This document shows positions 57,749 to 64,000 of a stretch of 64,000 nucleotides of DNA, one piece after another; within the stretch, counting starts at the first letter, position 1; every line of letters starts with the position of its first letter. Made by a program: the position numbers and the translations under genes. The DNA lies in assembly GCA_015068725.1 (NCBI GenBank), contig SVKA01000003.1, forward strand, positions 234 to 64,233, given 5' to 3'. The notes beneath the pieces are model-generated. The model saw only the letters and a program-made list of their open reading frames with translations. It did no database searches and was not told the DNA's origin. This DNA comes from Oscillospiraceae bacterium. Its GTDB lineage: Bacteria; Bacillota; Clostridia; UBA1381; UMGS1253.

Positions 57749-60073
57749 ATGAAAGCAGGATTAATAACAGATGTAGAAAAAATCATCTACACAAGAATGG
57801 ACAGCGATGTCCCCTTCCCACCATCAGAGGTAAAAGATGGCAAAGCAATATGGAGCCTTGAATATATCACTGATTATCCGTTGGATATTACATACAAACT
57901 TTCGAAAGAGAGTTTTGTAGGTGCCATCAGCTTTACTACAGATGAAGATTATCTAAAAAAAGCCGAAGTGCGTATTAAAGATAAATTGGTTGGCATTTAT
58001 CAGGCACAGACAAACTCACTTGCAGGCGGCGATATTGTAATTTCCGTAACCGAAAGAACAGATGAATTTACACTAAGGATTTATCCCGGCTCAAACGGTT
58101 CTGTGTACCCGGGTTTTAAAGATTTGGTAATTTCAAACGTTGAGATTTTGGGTATCATAAACGAAAACGAGCCTGTGCTTTATCCTTATCCAAAAAACGT
58201 TGATTTTGAAGACGGCTATGTTAAAATCAAAGAAATAACGACGCTCTGTAATGACGCAGATGAGCTTTTTGTAAAAAGCTTTTTAGAAGACGAACTCAAA
58301 GAAATGTCAACCGACGGCGTAAAAGTTGTTATCGAAAAAAACACCTCTGACGAGTTTGCAAATGAGCGTTATGTTGTGTCGGCAAACGATAACGAAATAA
58401 GAATAACAGCTGCAACAAGGCTCACCTTACTGTATGGAGCGGATACAATTTTAAAGCTCCTTGGTACAGATAATACTTTAAGAAAATTCACACTCGATGA
58501 CAAGCCATCCTCAAAAATCAGAGGTTTTCATATGGGGCTTCCCAAAAAAAAGAATTTTGATTTTGCTCAAAGATTTTTCAGATACGTTCTTTTACCTTTA
58601 AGATACAATATGGTTATTGTTGAATTTGCAGGCGGAATGCGTTTTGACAAACATCCCGAAATAAGCGAGGCATGGCTGCAAGGTTGCAAAGCCGGCCGCG
58701 ACAAACTTCAGCCACTATTCCCCCATGATAATATGGGCGCAGAAGGCACACTTCTTGAAAAAGAGGATGCAAAAAAATTTGTCGGATACATAAAGGACTT
58801 AGGCTTTGATTTGGTTCCCGAAGTGCAAAGTCTTGGACACGTACAGTACATAACATACGCCCACCCTGAAATTGCAGAAATAGACGAAACGCTAAAAGAC
58901 GAGGTTTATCATCACAGCTATTGCCCGTCAAATGAAAAAAGCTATGAAATAATTTTTGATATTATAGACGAAATTCTCGAGGTTTCTTCGCCCGACAGAT
59001 ACGTTCACATCGGACACGACGAAGTTTATCAGATGGGACTTTGTGAAAAATGCAAGGATAAAAACATATCCGACCTTTTGGCTTATCACATAACTACACT
59101 TCACGATTATATAGCAAAAAAAGGTCTTAAAATTATGATGTGGGCAGATATGGTTCACACAAGAGAGGTTGCCAAAGAATCAACACGAGATGCCTTTTTC
59201 AAAATCCCAAAAGATATACTTATGCTTGATTTTATATGGTATTTCTATCTTGATGGTGAAATCGAGGACGAGCTTTTAGGGCACGGCTTTGATGTAATTG
59301 TGGGAAATCTGTATTCGTCGCATTTTAAAAACTTTAATAATAGAATGAAAAAAGAAGGTATGCTCGGTGGCCAGGTTTCTACATGGGTAGCCGCAAACGA
59401 GAACCGCTATGCATTTTACGGTAAGTTCTTTGATGCTATGTATCTTTCACAAATGCTTTGCAATACCGATGATTATGACGAGCGCAACCGTGCAAGTTAT
59501 AATAAGATAATCTGTGATTGTGTGCAAAAGGCTATGCGTGAAAAAGTAAGAGCGGCAACTGACAAGTTTGACACAGAAAAATCAGTAAGTATAAAACCTT
59601 CGAAAAAGCAACCGCCAAAAGATTTGGCACAGCTGTGCGATGTGGTAGTTTTAGATGAAGAAGAAATCGCAATTAACGATTTTGCAAAACGAATTGTATT
59701 TGAGCACGCTACTATAACTGCGGCTCGCAGAATACCTTGGAAATCGGGCTTATTTATAGGTGAATATATAATAAACTACGAAGATGGCACGAGCGAAAAA
59801 ATCGATATTGAATACGGAAACAATATCATGTCATACAAATCTGTATATGGTATGCCGATGATAGAGTCTTGTTACAGACATATGGGATATGAGGGCACAT
59901 GGAATATTGACCCTGTTGTTTTGGGTAAAAATGTATATGCAGAAACTATATCTACTTTCCAGTTGCCGTTTGACAATCCGCATCCGGATAAGAAAATAAA
60001 ATCAATCTGCTATAAACGAGACGAAAACGAATATCTCACTGTAATGCTTTCTTCTTTAAAAATACTAAACTAA
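57749..60073 (+). CDS. GH20-like glycoside hydrolase (beta-N-acetylhexosaminidase-like), cytoplasmic, multi-domain
   Basis: 774 aa with a GGAGG SD and no signal peptide. It has a GH20 domain-2-like segment (LYPYPKNVDFEDGYVKI) and a catalytic barrel with RGFHMG, PEVQSLGH, HIGHDEV (the D-E pair) and MMWADM. There are also an approximately 140-aa N-terminal domain and an approximately 190-aa C-terminal domain of unknown type. Confidence 0.6.
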   Translation: MKAGLITDVEKIIYTRMDSDVPFPPSEVKDGKAIWSLEYITDYPLDITYKLSKESFVGAISFTTDEDYLKKAEVRIKDKLVGIYQAQTNSLAGGDIVISVTERTDEFTLRIYPGSNGSVYPGFKDLVISNVEILGIINENEPVLYPYPKNVDFEDGYVKIKEITTLCNDADELFVKSFLEDELKEMSTDGVKVVIEKNTSDEFANERYVVSANDNEIRITAATRLTLLYGADTILKLLGTDNTLRKFTLDDKPSSKIRGFHMGLPKKKNFDFAQRFFRYVLLPLRYNMVIVEFAGGMRFDKHPEISEAWLQGCKAGRDKLQPLFPHDNMGAEGTLLEKEDAKKFVGYIKDLGFDLVPEVQSLGHVQYITYAHPEIAEIDETLKDEVYHHSYCPSNEKSYEIIFDIIDEILEVSSPDRYVHIGHDEVYQMGLCEKCKDKNISDLLAYHITTLHDYIAKKGLKIMMWADMVHTREVAKESTRDAFFKIPKDILMLDFIWYFYLDGEIEDELLGHGFDVIVGNLYSSHFKNFNNRMKKEGMLGGQVSTWVAANENRYAFYGKFFDAMYLSQMLCNTDDYDERNRASYNKIICDCVQKAMREKVRAATDKFDTEKSVSIKPSKKQPPKDLAQLCDVVVLDEEEIAINDFAKRIVFEHATITAARRIPWKSGLFIGEYIINYEDGTSEKIDIEYGNNIMSYKSVYGMPMIESCYRHMGYEGTWNIDPVVLGKNVYAETISTFQLPFDNPHPDKKIKSICYKRDENEYLTVMLSSLKILN

Positions 60074-60077
60074 TCAC

Positions 60078-60116
60078 AAAAAACTCCTTTTTCAAAACAA
60101 GAAAAAGGAGTTTTTT
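60078..60116. terminator. Bidirectional intrinsic terminator
   Basis: AAAAAACTCCTTTTT-loop-AAAAAGGAGTTTTTT, 5 nt after the GH20-like stop. Confidence 0.7.
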
Positions 60117-60125
60117 ATTGTATAA

Positions 60126-60161
60126 CGAAAAGCAGGAGTAGTGACGCACAATTACTACTCC
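60126..60161 (-). terminator. Stem-loop terminator after the HAD hydrolase gene
   Basis: GGAGTAGT-loop-ACTACTCC. On the minus strand it is followed by TGCTTTTCG, and on the plus strand by TTTAATTTT. Confidence 0.45.
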
Positions 60162-60171
60162 TTTAATTTTA

Positions 60172-60969
60172 TTATTCAGTTTCTGCAAGATAAGTATATA
60201 CTTCTTTTATGTTTTTAAATATATACTCGGGTTTTATATTCATCGTTTCTATATCATCAAGCGTTCCTTCGCCGCTGAGCATAAAAGCACTGCTTATCCC
60301 CGCGTTTATTCCACAGGCAACATCTGTATAAAGTCTGTCGCCAAAAACTACAGTTTCTTCTTTTGTATACCCTGTCTTTTCCATAGCAAGATATGCCATC
60401 TGTGGCTCGGGCTTGCCTATAAATACGGGGTTTCTTTTTGTCGCGTGATGAAGCATCTGCGCAAACGCTCCGCAGTCAGGCACAAAGCCATAGCTCGTAG
60501 GACATACCCAATCGGGATTTGTTGCGATATAATCTACACCCCTGCCAAGAAGTATGCACGCATCCTCAAGCTTTTTAAACGTAAGTTCTGTATCATTTGA
60601 TATACAAAGGCAATCAATATCATCACAAAGTTCGGTTACGACGCATAATCCCGAATCTTTTAACTGACCTACAAAAGACGCTGTGCCAAAGGCATATATT
60701 TTTTTGTAGTTTTTTTCTTTTAAATAAAAAATCGTTGCGTCAGTAGATGTAAGAAAATCTTCTTTTGTCGTTTTGATTCCGAGCGATGCCATTTTTTCTA
60801 TGTATTTATCCACGCCTTTTGATGAATTGTTTGTTAAGAATATGTATCTTCCGCCTATTTCTTTTACATAATCAAGAAAATCAATCGTTCCATCAAAAAG
60901 CTCGTTATCAAGATATATAGTTCCGTCCATATCTAAAAGAAAAAGCCTTTTGTTTTTTAAGTTTTGCAT
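60172..60969 (-). CDS. HAD-IIA family sugar-phosphate phosphatase (NagD-like)
   Basis: 265 aa. HAD motif I LLDMDGTIY, motif II TNNS and motif IV GDRLYTDV. Confidence 0.85.
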   Translation of the reverse strand: MQNLKNKRLFLLDMDGTIYLDNELFDGTIDFLDYVKEIGGRYIFLTNNSSKGVDKYIEKMASLGIKTTKEDFLTSTDATIFYLKEKNYKKIYAFGTASFVGQLKDSGLCVVTELCDDIDCLCISNDTELTFKKLEDACILLGRGVDYIATNPDWVCPTSYGFVPDCGAFAQMLHHATKRNPVFIGKPEPQMAYLAMEKTGYTKEETVVFGDRLYTDVACGINAGISSAFMLSGEGTLDDIETMNIKPEYIFKNIKEVYTYLAETE

Positions 60970-60972
60970 CCT

Positions 60973-61320
60973 CTATACTCCTTTATTCTGAGTAGCTACC
61001 ACATTTGCGCCAAATACGTTTTCTATCAAAACATCACCTATTGATACAGGAATTTGCGCTACAGATGAATTTATAATTTTCATACAATCAAAGATTTTAT
61101 CCTTTGGTATAACATCATCTGTTTTTACTGACACAAGCGTTCCATCTGTGCAGCGCATCGTCGATGTAACTGTCCTTTTAGGGTTTGTACACTCATTTTC
61201 TGCATAGACTTTTCCCCTTGGGCAAGTGTTACCTGTAACTGATACAATATCTTTTCCGTCAAGTTCTATGCTAAGCGTGCATCCCATCGGACACACTATA
61301 CAAGTTAGCTCCTTATACAT
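60973..61320 (-). CDS. DUF1667 domain protein (third subunit of the clostridial glycerol-3-P dehydrogenase-like trio)
   Basis: N-terminus MYKELTCIVCPMGC...CPRG. ATG 61320 lies 7 nt behind GGAGGTG. The tracked TTG 61347 lies inside the upstream gene. Confidence 0.8.
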   Translation of the reverse strand: MYKELTCIVCPMGCTLSIELDGKDIVSVTGNTCPRGKVYAENECTNPKRTVTSTMRCTDGTLVSVKTDDVIPKDKIFDCMKIINSSVAQIPVSIGDVLIENVFGANVVATQNKGV

Positions 61321-61324
61321 TTTA

Positions 61325-62557
61325 TCACACCTCCAAGCCAAGCTCAAGTGCTTTTACATTTTCAAGCAATTCTTTTTTTATGCTTATGCTCTCCATTTCG
61401 CCCGGAGCAAGCTTTATCTTCTTTTTGCTGATGATTTTCCCCCCATCTGCCAGGACGTTTATTGTAGTGTTTTTATATACATCCGATACTCTGAAATACA
61501 CCGTTACATCCTTTTTTGCAGTTATCTTCTGCGGTACTGTATAGCGTATTTTTCCATCAGTTTTTATATCTATACAAGCATTTTGCTCAAGATTTCCATT
61601 TATATATTCTGCGCTGGCAACACCCGCTGTTTCAGCTTCTTCGGACACAAAATCAACTAAATCGTGCACATGAAGCACATTACCGCAGGCAAAAATACCG
61701 TTGACACTTGTTTGTCTGTCCTGGTCAACAACCGCTCCACCTGTAACCGGGCTAAGCTCTATGTTTGCACTCTTTGAAAGCTCATTTTCAGGAATAAGTC
61801 CCACTGACAAAAGAAGTGTGTCACACTCGATATATTCTTTTGTTTCTTCTATCGGCTTTCTGTTTTCATCCACCTTTGCGATAGTTACACCACTTAATCT
61901 CTCACGTCCATGAATTTCTACAACAGTATGGCTAAGTTTTAACGGAATATCAAAATCTTTAAGGCACTGCTGTATATTTCTTGCAAGTCCGCCCGAATAT
62001 GGCATAAGCTCGCATACAGCGTGAACCTTTGCACCTTCCTGTGTCATTCTTCGTGCCATAATAAGACCGATATCACCACTGCCAAGTATAACTACGTTTT
62101 TACCAGGCATATAGCCCTTCATATTGACAAATTTTTGTGCAGTTCCCGCACTGAAAATCCCCGCCGGTCTGCTGCCTGCGATATTAAGCGCGCCCTTTGA
62201 ACGTTCACGGCATCCCATGGCCAGAATTATCGCCTTAGCTTTAATCTGAAAAACACCGTCAACTGAATTTGTAGCTGTTATTATTTTATCCTCTGTAATG
62301 TCTAAAACCATAGTATTAAGCTTTACAGATATTCCAAGCTCTTTAACCTGTTTTTCGTATTTCCACGCATATTCAGGGCCCGTAAGTTCCTCGCCAAACT
62401 TGTGAAGGCCAAATCCATTATGAATACACTGCATAAGTATTCCACCAAGATGCTCATCACGTTCAATTATTAAAATATTCTTAACACCACTTTTATATGC
62501 CGCTACGGCCGCACTCATTCCCGCAGGACCGCCACCGATTATAACCAAATCCTTCAT
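61325..62557 (-). CDS. NAD(P)/FAD-dependent (pyridine nucleotide-disulfide type) oxidoreductase
   Basis: 410 aa with two Rossmann motifs (IIGGGPAGMSAA and VVILGSGDIGL). It abuts the upstream FAD dehydrogenase stop. Confidence 0.85.
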   Translation of the reverse strand: MKDLVIIGGGPAGMSAAVAAYKSGVKNILIIERDEHLGGILMQCIHNGFGLHKFGEELTGPEYAWKYEKQVKELGISVKLNTMVLDITEDKIITATNSVDGVFQIKAKAIILAMGCRERSKGALNIAGSRPAGIFSAGTAQKFVNMKGYMPGKNVVILGSGDIGLIMARRMTQEGAKVHAVCELMPYSGGLARNIQQCLKDFDIPLKLSHTVVEIHGRERLSGVTIAKVDENRKPIEETKEYIECDTLLLSVGLIPENELSKSANIELSPVTGGAVVDQDRQTSVNGIFACGNVLHVHDLVDFVSEEAETAGVASAEYINGNLEQNACIDIKTDGKIRYTVPQKITAKKDVTVYFRVSDVYKNTTINVLADGGKIISKKKIKLAPGEMESISIKKELLENVKALELGLEV

Positions 62558-63991
62558 TTATGCATCCCCCTTTGTTTTGCCCGTGTTGATGTAAGACGAT
62601 TTACCAAATTTTGTTACACTTTCAAAGGGAATATTTTGCTCGCGTGCCAAAAGCTCTACGATATACGGTCCGCAAAAACCGCCCTGACATCTTCCCATCT
62701 GCGCTCTTGTTCTGCGCTTTACACCATCCAAATCACGAGCCTTGGGGTTTGTTCTTATAGCGGCTAAAATTTCCCCCTCAGTTACATGCTCGCATCTGCA
62801 GACAATCTTTCCATACGAAGGCTCACGCTTTATTATTTCGTTCTTTTCTTCTATGCTTGCTTCTCTAAAGGCGTGCATAGGCGCTCTTTTTGGGTTAAAG
62901 CTCTCATTTTTGATAAGCTCTGTGCCCTGCCTTGAAAGCATATCCAATATATACTGTGCAATAGCAGGTGAAGCCGATAATCCGGGAGATTCTATTCCTG
63001 CCACGTTTATAAATCCCTTTTTGGGCGAATTAATTATAAAATCGCCCGTATCACCTGTCGCACGCAAGCCGCAAAACGATGTGATGGTCTTGTTAAGCGC
63101 AATTCCATTTACATTTTCATTCGCCTCTTTGATAATGCTTGCAAAACCCTGCCCGGTAGTGCTTTTGTCCTCCTTATCCTCTATATCCACGGAAGTCGGT
63201 CCCAAAAGCAAATTTCCGTCAACTGTTGGTGATATAAGTATACCTTTTCCCATTTTGGTCGGCGTTCTGAATATGGTGTGTGATACAAGATTGCCGCACT
63301 CTTTATCGAGCAGTATGTATTCTCCTCGTCTTGGATTGACTTTAAAACTGTTATCCTGCACAAGTTTTGCTATTTCATCACTAAAAATTCCTGTACAGTT
63401 GATAACTGTTTTTGCACTGATTTTTTCGTTTTCAGAGGCTATCTCATAGCCATTATCAATTTTATTTATTTTTGTTACGTCAAAATTGCATTTTAGCTCA
63501 ACGCCATTATCCATAGCATTGCCTATTGCCGCAATAGTCAGCTCGTACGGACACACAATAGCTCCCGTAGGTGCATAAAGCGCACAAAGCACATTGTCTG
63601 AAATATTCGGTTCAAGCTCTTTTATACGCGCTTTTTCAAGTATTTCAAGCCCTTCTACGCCATTTGTGTTTCCTCTCTCAAAAAGCTCGTTTATCGCCTT
63701 TTTATCATCTTCATTAAATCCGATAACCAAGGAGCCGTTTTGTTTATATTTAACGCCAAGCTCAGCACAAACATTTTGCATCATCTTGGAGCCTTGCACA
63801 TTCAAAAGTGCCTTCAAACTCCCCTCCTTTGCATCAAATCCTGCATGAACTATGGCCGAATTGGCTTTGGTTGCGCCCATAGCAACGTCATTTTCTTTTT
63901 CAAGAACACAAATGTTGAGTTTATAAGCACTGAGCGTTCTCGCAATCATACCGCCAACAACACCTGCGCCTATTATCGCAACATCATACAT
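62558..63991 (-). CDS. FAD-dependent glycerol-3-phosphate dehydrogenase/oxidase-like protein with a BFD-like [2Fe-2S] domain
   Basis: 477 aa. N-terminal DAO-type FAD motif (IIGAGVVGG) and C-terminal CRCEHVTEGE...CQGGFC (BFD-like). Confidence 0.85.
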   Translation of the reverse strand: MYDVAIIGAGVVGGMIARTLSAYKLNICVLEKENDVAMGATKANSAIVHAGFDAKEGSLKALLNVQGSKMMQNVCAELGVKYKQNGSLVIGFNEDDKKAINELFERGNTNGVEGLEILEKARIKELEPNISDNVLCALYAPTGAIVCPYELTIAAIGNAMDNGVELKCNFDVTKINKIDNGYEIASENEKISAKTVINCTGIFSDEIAKLVQDNSFKVNPRRGEYILLDKECGNLVSHTIFRTPTKMGKGILISPTVDGNLLLGPTSVDIEDKEDKSTTGQGFASIIKEANENVNGIALNKTITSFCGLRATGDTGDFIINSPKKGFINVAGIESPGLSASPAIAQYILDMLSRQGTELIKNESFNPKRAPMHAFREASIEEKNEIIKREPSYGKIVCRCEHVTEGEILAAIRTNPKARDLDGVKRRTRAQMGRCQGGFCGPYIVELLAREQNIPFESVTKFGKSSYINTGKTKGDA

Positions 63992-64000
63992 TTTAATTCA

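Overview
This 64 kb window looks like core chromosome from a low-GC Firmicute, probably an anaerobic member of Clostridia. That placement is inferred from gene content: HrcA/CIRCE heat-shock control, a YlbF/YmcA homologue, ecfA-ecfA-ecfT-truA, DUF1385-prmC, iorAB and a glycerol-3-P dehydrogenase/DUF1667 trio. About 50 genes are tightly packed, and all of them up to 56.6 kb lie on the minus strand.

Recognisable blocks, left to right in plus-strand coordinates:
- A sugar isomerase plus Gfo/Idh/MocA oxidoreductase pair.
- hrcA-grpE-dnaK-dnaJ behind a perfect CIRCE operator.
- miaB, a ylbF-like gene, mutS, mutL, miaA and a thioesterase.
- purL, then uvrB-orf-uvrA.
- guaB, dusB, lysA, DUF1385-prmC.
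- An alanine/glycine:cation symporter behind a tandem glycine riboswitch that the ORF track cannot show.
- iorAB with an AMP-forming acyl-CoA ligase and a Na/Pi-PhoU transporter.
- A VanZ / glycosidase / GT-C glycosyltransferase envelope cluster.
- cinA-recA-exonuclease with a LexA box.
- thiI plus cysteine desulfurase, rho, cvpA, a DUF5711-like gene, and the ECF module with truA.
- A two-gene plus-strand insertion (EamA transporter plus GH20-like hydrolase).
- A HAD phosphatase plus the glycerol-3-P dehydrogenase-like trio.

I found no rRNA or tRNA genes, CRISPR arrays, transposases, integrases, prophage genes or recognisable defence systems. I cannot point to a convincing new multi-gene system here.

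The items most worth a second look are:
- a GT-C glycosyltransferase split by a 1-nt homopolymer frameshift;
- an orphan, catalytically degenerate MNT-like ORF inside the uvrB-uvrA operon;
- a DEDDh exonuclease fused to a zinc ribbon and co-transcribed with LexA-controlled recA;
- iorAB coupled to a FadD-type ligase;
- the plus-strand GH20-like island, driven by a promoter that carries a perfect 8-2-8 palindrome.

The ORF track treats GTG and TTG as start codons. Several tracked N-termini are therefore over-extended into Shine-Dalgarno (SD) sequences, and I corrected those where the sequence supports it.
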